From contig JBGQEL010000016.1 in NCBI GenBank assembly GCA_041496385.1, positions 1 to 62,354 on the forward strand: a stretch of 62,354 nucleotides of DNA, given 5' to 3'. The notes beneath the pieces are model-generated. The model was given only the letters and a program-made list of their open reading frames with translations. It was not told the DNA's origin and ran no database searches. Position numbers and translations under genes: made by a program. Shown piece after piece: positions 38,454-47,461 of this stretch. How positions within the stretch are numbered: the stretch's first letter is position 1; every line of letters begins with the position of its first letter. Source of the stretch: Candidatus Methylomirabilia bacterium (GTDB taxonomy: Bacteria; Methylomirabilota; Methylomirabilia; Rokubacteriales; CSP1-6).

Positions 38454-38582
38454 CTAGGCGCGCGTGACGACGGGCCGGCAGCGCTCGGAGGGCAGCAGGA
38501 GCGTGTCGACGGCCGGGTCGAGGTGGCCTCGGTGCGTCTCGATCGCCACGACGGCGGTTCGGCGCGGGTCGAGCTGGATCAT
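38454..38582 (-). pseudogene. 42-codon ORF resembling the N-terminus of an isochorismatase-family cysteine hydrolase
   Basis: MIQLDPRRTAVVAIETHRGHLDPAVDTLLLPSERCRPVVTRA*. LDP..TA.V.I(D/E) is the family's first strand. Its TAG overlaps the AGGAG SD of the downstream SBP. Confidence 0.5.
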
Positions 38583-38648
38583 CCGCGCGAGAGACATAGC
38601 ACACTCAGAGGGGTCAGTGCTAGCCTAGGGCCTTCGAGGAGGACGTGC

Positions 38649-40019
38649 ATGCGCCAGGATCTCCGGAGCTTCGTCGCGGCGTACGAGCGCGCCCACGGGG
38701 ACGAGGTCGTGCGGATCGCCGAACCCGTCTCGATCGAGCACGACGTGATGGCGGTGGTGCTCGAGTACGAGCGGCGCCGCCGCTACCCGATCCTCCTCTT
38801 CGAGCGTGTCCTGGGCTACGACATGCCGATCATCGCCAACGTCGTCGCGAGCCGCCGGGCCCTCGCCTTCGCGCTGGGGGTGGAGGAGCGGGCGCTCGCC
38901 GCCGAGTACGCGCGGCGCATCAAGGACCACCAGAAGCCCGTGGTCGTCGCCGACCCGCCCTTCCGCGCGCGCGTCGTCAGGGGCGACGCCGTCGACCTCG
39001 CGGCGCTTCCCATTCCGGTCTACTTCCCGGGCGACGCGGGACGGTATCTCACGGCGGGCATGCTGGTCGCTCGTGATCCCGACACGGGCGTCGAGACCGA
39101 GGGCTATCACCGTTTCCACGTGCGGGGACGGAACCGCCTGGGCGTGAGCCTTCACTCGCGCCGGCGGATGTTCGAGTACCAGCGCCGCGCCGAGGCCAAG
39201 GGGCGGCCGCTGCCCTGCGCCGTGGTCCTCGGCCTGCACCCGCTCGTCTCGATGGGCTCGCTCGCCTATCCCCCGCCCGACGTCGGCAAGTTCGAGGTCG
39301 TCGGCGGTCTCCTCGGCGAGCCGCTCCAGACCGCGCCCTGCCTCACGGCCGATCTGCACGTCCCGGCCGCGGCCGAGATCGTCATCGAGGGGGAGATCCT
39401 GCCGGGTGTGCGCGAGCCGGAGGGGCCGTTCGGCGAGTTCACCGGCTACTTCTCACGCCGCTCGACCGAGCACGTCTTCGTCGCCAAGGCGATCGCCATG
39501 ATCGAGCGCCCGTGGTTCCAGTCCATCGGCTCGGGACGCGCGGGCGATCACATCACGACGCTCGGCCTGATCCGCGAGGCCGAGATCATGAACGCCCTCG
39601 CGCGCGTCATCCCCAACGTGCGCGCGGTCCACGTGCCGCTCTCCGGCACCTCCTCGTTCACGGCCTACGTCGCCATCACACAGAGCCGGCCGGGCGAGGC
39701 CAAGCACGTGATCCCGATCGTGCTCGGGGTCGACCACTACCTCAAGCTGGTGATCGTCGTGGACGACGACATCGACGTCTTCGACGAGGCGGACGTGATG
39801 TGGGCGGTGGCGACGCGCATGCAGGCCGATCAAGACCTCGTGGTGATCTCGGGAAGCCTCGGGGCGATGCTCGATCCGAGCGCCGACGAGCGCGGCGTCA
39901 CGGCCAAGCTCGGGATCGATGCGACGCGCCCGTTCGGCCAGCCGTTCGCGGAGAAGCTCGTGATGTCGCCGGAGAGGATGACGTGGGCGCGGGCCCTGGT
40001 GGACCGCCTTGGAACGTGA
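38649..40019 (+). CDS. UbiD-family prFMN-dependent (de)carboxylase
   Basis: DLRSF, DAGRYLTAG, AEIVIEG, EGPFGEFTGY, VDDDID, WAVATR, KLGIDAT motifs. GAGGAGG SD. Confidence 0.93.
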   Translation: MRQDLRSFVAAYERAHGDEVVRIAEPVSIEHDVMAVVLEYERRRRYPILLFERVLGYDMPIIANVVASRRALAFALGVEERALAAEYARRIKDHQKPVVVADPPFRARVVRGDAVDLAALPIPVYFPGDAGRYLTAGMLVARDPDTGVETEGYHRFHVRGRNRLGVSLHSRRRMFEYQRRAEAKGRPLPCAVVLGLHPLVSMGSLAYPPPDVGKFEVVGGLLGEPLQTAPCLTADLHVPAAAEIVIEGEILPGVREPEGPFGEFTGYFSRRSTEHVFVAKAIAMIERPWFQSIGSGRAGDHITTLGLIREAEIMNALARVIPNVRAVHVPLSGTSSFTAYVAITQSRPGEAKHVIPIVLGVDHYLKLVIVVDDDIDVFDEADVMWAVATRMQADQDLVVISGSLGAMLDPSADERGVTAKLGIDATRPFGQPFAEKLVMSPERMTWARALVDRLGT

Positions 40020-40020
40020 A

Positions 40021-40049
40021 GGGGCGCGGCCGAGAACCGGCCGCGCCCC
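40021..40049. terminator. GC-rich hairpin between the convergent UbiD and pilin genes
   Basis: GGGGCGCGGCCG-AGAAC-CGGCCGCGCCCC perfect 12-bp stem. Confidence 0.6.
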
Positions 40050-40080
40050 AGGGTTGAACCTTGAAACGGTGTCGGGATGC

Positions 40081-40497
40081 CTATGGCATCGTGACGGTCG
40101 TCGTGTCACCCACCGCGGAGATGTTGAACGTCCCCGCCGCCGTGCTGCCCACGTACGCGTAGCCACCGCTCGGGGTCCAGCCGGCCGGCACGCTCGGCAG
40201 CGACGCCATGAACGGACCCGCCGTCTGGTTCTGACCGTTGGTCGCGACCCCGGTCAGCAGATCGAGCGACGTCGGGATGACGCCCATGTGCGCCGAGTAG
40301 ATCGACACCGCGGACGCCAGCGCCCGCGAGTCGGCCTGGGCCTTGGCGATCCGCGCCCGCGCCTGCACGTTGGCGTAGAGCGGGATGGCGATGGCCGCCA
40401 GGATGCCGATGATCGCGACGACGATCATCAGCTCGATGAGGGTGAAGCCTCGATGGTTACCTGCCGCAAGCCGTCTCTTCGTCCACCACTGGATCAT
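40081..40497 (-). CDS. pilA: Type IV major pilin
   Basis: RG|FTLIELMIVVAIIGILAAIAIP prepilin motif, AAGGAGG SD and a sigma54 promoter upstream. Confidence 0.88.
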   Translation of the reverse strand: MIQWWTKRRLAAGNHRGFTLIELMIVVAIIGILAAIAIPLYANVQARARIAKAQADSRALASAVSIYSAHMGVIPTSLDLLTGVATNGQNQTAGPFMASLPSVPAGWTPSGGYAYVGSTAAGTFNISAVGDTTTVTMP

Positions 40498-40567
40498 TGA
40501 AGCCTCCTTAGTGTGCGTTGCCTTTGTGGCTGACTCGCATCTCGCTTGATCCGTGCTCTGCTTCAAA

Positions 40568-40583
40568 AGCATGCGGCGTGCCA
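40568..40583 (-). promoter_or_regulatory. Sigma54 (-24/-12) promoter of the pilin gene
   Basis: TGGCACGCCGCATGCT versus consensus TGGCACG-N4-TTGC(A/T). AT-rich tract and TGAC-N7-GTCA palindrome (40656-40670) further upstream. Confidence 0.75.
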
Positions 40584-40801
40584 ACGACCTCATCAGGAAT
40601 ACATTCTATTTCGTGGTGTGTTAGACCTCGGCATTTGTTCGTGGCAGCCCTCGGGTGACAAAATACGTCAGTCCGCTCGCCGCCGGACGTCACGCGGCGG
40701 GACCCCGGCGCGCTCGTACCGGATTCCCATAGGTAGGCCGCCGAGACCTCGGCAAGGCCGTCAGGCACCTCCGGAAATTTGGTCAGGCCTCCGGAGGTGC
40801 G

Positions 40802-41305
40802 ATGATGGGGCCCGTGGATCTCCTGGAGGCCAAGGACAAGATCGCGGAGGCGCTCGTCGAGTCCATCTTCCGGCGCGCCCGCTACCTGGTCCGTCCCTAT
40901 CGCGGGGACACGGCGCCCCTGCGCTTCGGCCGCGAGGACTTCTCGCCCGATCTCCGGATCGTTCCGGGCCAGGAAGGCGACGCGGGAGAGTTCCTGATCG
41001 GGATCAAGTACAGGCCCTCCGTCACACAGTTCGTATCGGTCGAGAACCAGCGCGGCGAGCGCTCGGTCTTCTTCATGGCGCGCAGGCAGTGGCCCGCCCT
41101 CTACTTCATCCTCGTCACCGACCGGCCCGACGCGGGCCGCTCGTGCTTCCAGGCCGTGCGCATGGCGGACATCCGACCCGGGGAAGCCTTCCAGACGGCC
41201 GATCTCGTGGAGCTGAAGGAGCTCCGGATCTTCGGCCACAACATCGAGGATCACGAGGAGCTGATCCGCCGGATCTTCGCGCTGCTCTCCGGCGCCTCAC
41301 CGTAG
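40802..41305 (+). CDS. Hypothetical protein, possible degenerate PD-(D/E)XK fold
   Basis: GGAGG SD. IAEALV...SPDL...FLIGIKYR spacing resembles the nuclease motif. Confidence 0.6.
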   Translation: MMGPVDLLEAKDKIAEALVESIFRRARYLVRPYRGDTAPLRFGREDFSPDLRIVPGQEGDAGEFLIGIKYRPSVTQFVSVENQRGERSVFFMARRQWPALYFILVTDRPDAGRSCFQAVRMADIRPGEAFQTADLVELKELRIFGHNIEDHEELIRRIFALLSGASP

Positions 41306-42028
41306 CGCCCGCGCGACCAGCCAGAGACCGAGCCCCCCGAGGAAGACCAGGACCGCGCGGTTGAACGTCCGCTCGGAGAGCCAGTCCTGCACGCGCAGGC
41401 CGAGCGCGAAGCCTCCGAGACCGACCACCGTGAGCCCGGCGGAGGCCCCGAGCAGCGGCCACGTGAGCAGCCCGTACCAGGCGACCGCCCCGAGCTGAAC
41501 CAGCTTGTAGACGAGGAAGGACAGCGCCACCGAACGGACGAACTCGTGCTTGTCCATGCCGAGCGCGCGGAAGTAGATGACGAGGGGCGTGCCCGGCACG
41601 TTGGTGACGCCGCCCAGGATACCGACGAGGAGGCCGACCGGGGGCCCGAGCCACCGCTCCCAGCGCGCCGGCACCCGGGGCGTGCGGCCCGCGACGGTCA
41701 GCGCGACGAACGCGAGCACGAACGCGCCGAGGACCGCGAGGGCCACGCGCGACGGCAGCACGGTCAGGAGCCGCGTGCCGAGCACCATCCCGACGAGGCC
41801 GAAGACCAGGAGCCCCGCCAGCCGCCGCACGCTCCCCCGCACGCCGCCGTGGCGCGTGGCCTGCACGACGTCCATCACGATGTTCGGCACGATCGAGATC
41901 GCGACGGCGGTCTTGACGTCGACGGCGAGCGCTAGCAACGGCGTCACCACGAGCGGAAAGCCGAACGCCACGGAGCCCTTGACGAAGGATGCGACGGCGA
42001 CGGCGGCGGCGGCGAACAGCGCGGTCAG
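41297..42028 (-). CDS. TauE/SafE family sulfite exporter (start uncertain, possibly CTG)
   Basis: SFVKG..AFGFPL, G.VG..LG, GILGG.TN.PG.PL motifs and ~8 hydrophobic segments. Confidence 0.85.
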   Translation of the reverse strand: MTALFAAAAVAVASFVKGSVAFGFPLVVTPLLALAVDVKTAVAISIVPNIVMDVVQATRHGGVRGSVRRLAGLLVFGLVGMVLGTRLLTVLPSRVALAVLGAFVLAFVALTVAGRTPRVPARWERWLGPPVGLLVGILGGVTNVPGTPLVIYFRALGMDKHEFVRSVALSFLVYKLVQLGAVAWYGLLTWPLLGASAGLTVVGLGGFALGLRVQDWLSERTFNRAVLVFLGGLGLWLVARALR

Positions 42029-44886
42029 CGCGATAGAGCGTCCCGGAGAGCCTCGGCAGGGTGCAGCGCGCGCCGGCCCGTGAGATGGTCGATCTGCTGG
42101 CGGCAGGAGACGCCGGGCGCGACGACCACCGTGTCGGCGGGCGCGGCCTTCACGGCGGGTGCGAGGCGGCGGTTGCCGAGCGCGACCGAGATGTCGTAGT
42201 GCTCGCGCTCGAAGCCGAACGAGCCGGCCATGCCGCAGCAGCCCGAGTCCACCTCGCTGACCTCGTAGCCCGCCCACCTGAGGGCCGCCACCGTGGGCGC
42301 GGTGCCCACGAGCGCCTTCTGGTGGCAGTGGCCGTGGAGCAGCGCCGTCCGGCCGGCGGCCGCGAAGCGGAGCTCGAGGCCGCGGCCGCGCTCGCGCTGG
42401 AGGAATTCCTCGAGCAGGAAGGCCTGCCGGGCGACGAGCCGCGCCGCGTCGGTACGCAGGAGGTCGACCCACTCGTCGCGCAGCGTGAGGAGGCACGAGG
42501 GCTCGAGCCCCACGATCGCCACGCCGCGCGCGGCCCAGGGGGCGAGCCGGGCCACGTTCCACGCCGCGTGCTCACGCGCCTCGGCGAGCATGCCCTTGCT
42601 GATCAGCGGCCGCCCGCAGCATTTCTTGTCCGCGAGCGCGACGCGATAGCCCGCCGCCTCGAGGAGCTCCACCGCGGCGCGGCCGATCGAGGGCTGGTTG
42701 TAGGTCACGAACGTGTCGTGAAAGAGCACGACCTCGCCGCGCGGCGCCTGCGCGGGCGGGACGTGACGCGCGAACCACGCGGTCAGCGTCTCCCGGGCGA
42801 GCGGCGGGAGCGGCCGGCGCCGATCGATCCCGACGACCTTCTCGAGCAGCCAGCGGCTCGGCGCGAGCGCCGATACCCAGTTGAACAGTCCCGGCAGGCG
42901 CGCGCCGAGGTCGTTCAGCCGCGCGATGCGACCGAAGAGACGGTTGCGCAGCGGGAGCCCGTTGGCCGCGTAGTAGTGGTGCAAGAACTCGTACTTCAGC
43001 TTCGCCATGTCCACGTTCGCCGGGCACTCGGCCTTGCACCCCTTGCACTCGAGGCAGAGGTCCATGACCTCGTAGAGCCGCCGGCCCGTGAACTCCGCGG
43101 GCGGGAGCGCTCCCGAGAGCACGGCGCGCAGCGCGTTGGCGCGACCGCGCGTCGAGTGCTCCTCGTCCTTCGTGGCCATGTACGAGGGACACATCGTGCC
43201 CTCGAGCGTCTTGCGACAGGCACCGACGCCGTTGCACATCTCGATCGAGGCGGCGAAGCCGCCCTGCCCGGAGAAGTCGAGGAGCGTCGCGGGCTCCCAC
43301 GTCCGGTACCGCGGGCCGTAGCGCAGATTCTCGGTGAGGTCGGGCGAGGCGACGATGTTGCCCGGGTTCATCCGGTTGTCGGGGTCGAAGGCGCGCTTGA
43401 GCTCCCGGAAGGCCCGCATGAGCACCGGCCCGTACATGCGCTCGAGGTACGGGCTCCGCGCGCGGCCGTCGCCGTGCTCGCTGGAGATCGTTCCGCCGAA
43501 GCCGACGACCAGGTCGACGATCTCGTCCGCGATCGCCCGCACCTGCTCGAGCGCGCGCGGCGCCTTCAGATCGATCAGCGGGCGGATGTGCAGGCAGCCG
43601 ACCGAGCAGTGGCCGTAGTAGGCGCCGACGGCGTCGTGCTTGGCGAGGATGTCGCGGAAGCGCGGCACGAACTCCGCCAGGTGCTTCGGGTCCACCGCCG
43701 TGTCCTCGACGAACGCGATCGCCTTCTTCGCGCCCTTCATCCCGGTCAGGAGCCCGAGTCCGGCCTTCCGGAGCTTCCAGATGGACTGCTGCTCGGCGGC
43801 GTCGTAGGCGACGTGCGCGGCATAGCCGGAGCGCTCGCGCTGCCGGCGCGCCTCGAACGCCTCGACCTTGGCCCGCACCTCGGCGTCGCTCTCTCCGGCG
43901 TACTCGACGATGAGGATCGCCCCGGGATCGCCCTGGACGAAGCCCATGCGTCCCGACTGCTCGATGTTGCCGCGCGCAAGGTCGAGGATCAGCTTGTCGG
44001 TCAGCTCGACGGCGTACGGCCCCGTCTCGAGGATCGACTGCGAGGCCTCCAGGGCCTCCTGGACGTCGCGATAGTGGACCACGTCGAGCGCCGTCGCCTT
44101 CGGCCGCCGCACCAGGCGGACCTTGGCCTCGAGGACCGTCACGAAGGTGCCCTCGGACCCGACGACGAGCCGCGCCATGTTGAGCGGCCGCGCTTTCACG
44201 AGCTCGTCGAGGTTGTAGCCGGCGACCCGCCGCCAGTGGGCCGGGTAGCGCGCCTTGATCTCGTCGGCGTACGTCTCGCGGATCCGGGCGACCTCGCGGT
44301 AGATCTGCCCCTCGAGTCCCGGCGCCGCGCACTTCGCCTGGAACCGGGCCGGGCTCACCTCGCCGAAGACGGCGCGCGTGCCGTCGGCGAGGAGGCACGT
44401 CAGCTCGATCACGTGCTCGACCGTCAGCCCGTAGGCGATCGAGTGCGAGCCGCCGGAGTTGTTGCCGAGCATGCCGCCGAGCGTCGCGCGGCTCGACGTG
44501 GAGGTGTCGGGGCCGAAGAGGAGCCCGAGCGGGCGCACGTGGTGGTTCAGGTTGTCCTGGACGAGACCCGGCTGGACGCGCGCCCACAGCTCCTCGGCGT
44601 TCACGTCGAGGACGCGGTCCATGTAGCGCGAGAGATCGAGGACGAGCGCGCGGTTCACCGTCTGGCCCGTGAGCGAGGTGCCGCCGCCGCGCGGCAGCAG
44701 CGCGACCTGTTGCGTCCGGGCGATCTCGACCGCGGCCTGGACGTCGTCGGCGTCGCGCGGCATGACGACGCCGAGGGGCTCGACCTGGTACATCGAGGCG
44801 TCGGTGGAATAGAGGAAACGCGAGGCGGGATCGAAGCGAACGTCGCCGGCGATGACCCTGCGAAGTTCGTGCTCGAGATCGTTCAC
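42025..44886 (-). CDS. FAD-binding and 4Fe-4S oxidoreductase (GlcD/GlcF-like fusion, YdiJ-like)
   Basis: YSTDAS, RGGGTS, GSEGT, GCLH, EHGDG, CNGVGAC, CLECKGC..ECP, CCG, HGHCHQ motifs. Confidence 0.93.
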   Translation of the reverse strand: MNDLEHELRRVIAGDVRFDPASRFLYSTDASMYQVEPLGVVMPRDADDVQAAVEIARTQQVALLPRGGGTSLTGQTVNRALVLDLSRYMDRVLDVNAEELWARVQPGLVQDNLNHHVRPLGLLFGPDTSTSSRATLGGMLGNNSGGSHSIAYGLTVEHVIELTCLLADGTRAVFGEVSPARFQAKCAAPGLEGQIYREVARIRETYADEIKARYPAHWRRVAGYNLDELVKARPLNMARLVVGSEGTFVTVLEAKVRLVRRPKATALDVVHYRDVQEALEASQSILETGPYAVELTDKLILDLARGNIEQSGRMGFVQGDPGAILIVEYAGESDAEVRAKVEAFEARRQRERSGYAAHVAYDAAEQQSIWKLRKAGLGLLTGMKGAKKAIAFVEDTAVDPKHLAEFVPRFRDILAKHDAVGAYYGHCSVGCLHIRPLIDLKAPRALEQVRAIADEIVDLVVGFGGTISSEHGDGRARSPYLERMYGPVLMRAFRELKRAFDPDNRMNPGNIVASPDLTENLRYGPRYRTWEPATLLDFSGQGGFAASIEMCNGVGACRKTLEGTMCPSYMATKDEEHSTRGRANALRAVLSGALPPAEFTGRRLYEVMDLCLECKGCKAECPANVDMAKLKYEFLHHYYAANGLPLRNRLFGRIARLNDLGARLPGLFNWVSALAPSRWLLEKVVGIDRRRPLPPLARETLTAWFARHVPPAQAPRGEVVLFHDTFVTYNQPSIGRAAVELLEAAGYRVALADKKCCGRPLISKGMLAEAREHAAWNVARLAPWAARGVAIVGLEPSCLLTLRDEWVDLLRTDAARLVARQAFLLEEFLQRERGRGLELRFAAAGRTALLHGHCHQKALVGTAPTVAALRWAGYEVSEVDSGCCGMAGSFGFEREHYDISVALGNRRLAPAVKAAPADTVVVAPGVSCRQQIDHLTGRRALHPAEALRDALSR

Positions 44887-44905
44887 GCGGGCTATTATAC
44901 CCTCC
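44887..44905. promoter_or_regulatory. Overlapping bidirectional -10 elements between two divergent start codons 19 bp apart
   Basis: TATAAT on - (44899-44894) lies 7 nt before GTG 44886. TATTAT on + (44893-44898) lies 7 nt before GTG 44906. Confidence 0.7.
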
Positions 44906-45397
44906 GTGCTCGCCCGCGCCCTCGGCCTGGTCGCGCTGCTGGCCGCGTGCGTCCCCGTCGTCGAGGCGGCGCCCGCGGCGCCCGGCTTCCGGGTGCGGCT
45001 CCTCGACGGCAAGACCACGCTCGACTCCCGGGAGCTGATCGGCAAGAAGGTCCTGGTGCTCCGCTTCCAGGCGTCGTGGTGCAAGCCGTGCGTGAAAGAG
45101 TCGCCCGGGCTCGCGCAGCTCACCGAGCGCTATCGGGGCCGGGGCGTCGAGGTGCTGGCGATCCACGTCCAGGACACCCAGGAGGACGTCCAGCGCTTCG
45201 TGGATCAGCAGAAGGTTCCCTACAAGGTCGCCCTCGACCCGAGGCTCTCCGTCGGCAACCGATTCGGTTTCCGCGGGACGCCCTACACCGTCGTCGTGGA
45301 CCGGCGCGGCGAGATGGTCGCGCGCATCCACGGCGAGTCGGCCGTGACGCGCCTGGCACGCATCCTCGACGGCCTCGTCGCCCGGGCGCCGAAGTGA
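44906..45397 (+). CDS. TlpA/ResA-like thiol-disulfide oxidoreductase
   Basis: Signal-like N-terminus, FQASWCKPC, GTPYTVVVD motifs. Confidence 0.88.
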   Translation: MLARALGLVALLAACVPVVEAAPAAPGFRVRLLDGKTTLDSRELIGKKVLVLRFQASWCKPCVKESPGLAQLTERYRGRGVEVLAIHVQDTQEDVQRFVDQQKVPYKVALDPRLSVGNRFGFRGTPYTVVVDRRGEMVARIHGESAVTRLARILDGLVARAPK

Positions 45398-45400
45398 CCG

Positions 45401-46456
45401 CTACGGCTTCAGCATCACCTTGATCGCGCGGTCCTCTTTCTTGTCGAAGATCGCGTAGCCGCGCGGCGCCTCCTTGAGCGGCATCGTGTGGGTGATGATA
45501 CGCGCCGGCTTGAGCTTGCCGAGACGCACGAGGGGCATGAGCGGGGCCATGTGGTTCCGCGCGTTGCAGATCCCCATCTTGAGCGACAGGTCCTTGAAGA
45601 AGGCCTCGCGCGCGGGGAACGGGAGGCTCGGCTCGACGTAGACGCCGACGGAGGAGACGGTGCCGCCCGGGCGCACGGCCTGGATCGCCTGCGTGAGGGG
45701 CACCTCGTGGCCGACGCACTCGAGGACGACGTCGGGGCCGCGCCCGCCGGTGGCCGCGCGGAGCCGCTCGGCCGGATCGCCCGCGTCGAGATTCACGGGC
45801 TCGGCGCCGAACTCCTCGGCGAGGGCCAGCCGGTAGCCGACCCGGTCCACGGCGAACACGCGCGCCGGCCCGAAGAGCTGCGCCGACTGCAGCGCCAGGA
45901 GCCCAACGGGTCCCGCGCCGAAGACGGCGACGCTGTCGCCCGGCCGGATCCCGCCGTTCTCGGCGCAGACGTAGCCCGTCGAGAGGATGTCGCCGAGGAA
46001 CAGCGCGTCGTCGTCGGACATGTCCGCGGGAACCTTCTCGCAGAGGTGATCGGCGAAGGGCACGCGGATCCGCTCGGCCTGGCCGCCGCCCCAGACGTGA
46101 CCGAAGCGCCCGCCGAAGACGGCGCGCCCCGTCGTCGCGCACTGCGTGGGGAGCCGGCGCAGGCACCACTCGCACCGGCCGCACGAGACCGAGAACGGCA
46201 CGATGACGCGGTCGCCGCGCTTCACGCTCTGGACCTCGGACCCCGCCTCCTCGACCGTGCCCATGAACTCGTGGCCCATCGTCGCGCCCGTCTGAACGAG
46301 CGCCCCGCCGCCGCGCCCGTGATACTGGTGCAGATCGGAGCCGCACACGGCGCTCGTCGTGATCCTCAGCAGCACGTCGGTCGGGTCGACGAGCCGGGGC
46401 TCGGCGACCTCCTCGGCCCGCACGTCGCCCACGCCGTGGAACGTGATCGCTCTCAT
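45401..46456 (-). CDS. Zinc-dependent alcohol/aldehyde dehydrogenase (MDR family)
   Basis: CGSDLH, GHEFMG, CGRCEWC...C, GDILSTG, GAGPVG motifs. Confidence 0.92.
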   Translation of the reverse strand: MRAITFHGVGDVRAEEVAEPRLVDPTDVLLRITTSAVCGSDLHQYHGRGGGALVQTGATMGHEFMGTVEEAGSEVQSVKRGDRVIVPFSVSCGRCEWCLRRLPTQCATTGRAVFGGRFGHVWGGGQAERIRVPFADHLCEKVPADMSDDDALFLGDILSTGYVCAENGGIRPGDSVAVFGAGPVGLLALQSAQLFGPARVFAVDRVGYRLALAEEFGAEPVNLDAGDPAERLRAATGGRGPDVVLECVGHEVPLTQAIQAVRPGGTVSSVGVYVEPSLPFPAREAFFKDLSLKMGICNARNHMAPLMPLVRLGKLKPARIITHTMPLKEAPRGYAIFDKKEDRAIKVMLKP

Positions 46457-47451
46457 GAGTCACCTCTCCATTCGGCTCGCCCGTGGATCTCGTAGAGCGC
46501 GAGCGCGGCGGCACCCCGCATGCTCACGCGCTTGTCGCCCGGGACGATCGTCACGCGCGTCAGGGCCAGCGCCCGCGCGAACGCGTGCCCGCGCGCGGCC
46601 GCGAGGATGGACTCCTGGAGGGGAGCGAACGATTCCGCGACGCCGCCGGTGATCACGATCACCTCCGGATTGAGCCCGTTGACGATGGTCCCGAGCATCG
46701 CGCCGAGCGCGCGGCAGGCTTCGTCGACGACCGATGATGCCACGGGATCGCCCGCGGCGGCGGCGCGAAATACCATCGCCGCGGTGATCGCCTCGGGCAC
46801 GCCGCCCGCCGCGCGGAGCAGGAGCGAGTCGGACAGGCCCACGGCGCGTCCGCGCGCGGCCTCCGCCATGCCCCGCCCGCTCGCGTAGACCGCCAGGCAT
46901 CCGCGGCCGCCGCACCAGCAGGGCGGCCCGTCGAACTTCACCGGCGTGTGGCCCAGCTCGCCCCCGAACCCGGCGGCGCCGCGCACCAGCCGCCCGTCCA
47001 GCACGATGCCGGCGCCGAACCCGGTCCCCGACGCCAGCACCACGAGCGAGCGCGCACCGCGCCCGGCGCCGAAGCGCCACTCGCCGAGCGCCAGCGCGTT
47101 CACGTCGTTGTCGACGAACACCGGCAGGCCGAAGCGTCCCGCGAGCTCCGAGCCGAGGGCGCGCCCCGCGAGCTCGGGCACGTGGGGCACGGGCTCGCCG
47201 ATCCGTCCGAGCGCGGTGTCGACCGGCCCCGGCACGCCCACGCCGACACCGGCGACCGGGTGGCCGAGGTGCCTGGCCTCGACGAGGACGGCGTCCACGA
47301 GCGCGGCGACCGTGTCGACGGCCCGCCCGGCTCCACCCTCGCGGGTCGGCGCGCGGCGCTCGAGGAGCACCTCGCCCGCCACGCTGACCGCGCCCACGGC
47401 GATCGTCGTCCCGCCCACGTCCACGCCGACCAGCAGCGCTCCCGCCTCCAT
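46453..47451 (-). CDS. ROK family sugar kinase
   Basis: GVDVGGT, DNDVN, GTGFG, GELGH, CWCGGRGCL motifs. Confidence 0.92.
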   Translation of the reverse strand: MEAGALLVGVDVGGTTIAVGAVSVAGEVLLERRAPTREGGAGRAVDTVAALVDAVLVEARHLGHPVAGVGVGVPGPVDTALGRIGEPVPHVPELAGRALGSELAGRFGLPVFVDNDVNALALGEWRFGAGRGARSLVVLASGTGFGAGIVLDGRLVRGAAGFGGELGHTPVKFDGPPCWCGGRGCLAVYASGRGMAEAARGRAVGLSDSLLLRAAGGVPEAITAAMVFRAAAAGDPVASSVVDEACRALGAMLGTIVNGLNPEVIVITGGVAESFAPLQESILAAARGHAFARALALTRVTIVPGDKRVSMRGAAALALYEIHGRAEWRGDS

Positions 47452-47461
47452 CGACCGCGGG

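Noticed and set aside
42061..45423. Very long antisense or alternate-frame ORFs (for example 42061-45423, 15363-17753, the 5' part of 57437-61591, 30104-32338)
   Set aside because: They are shadows of real genes in high-GC DNA, with no family motifs and biased composition.
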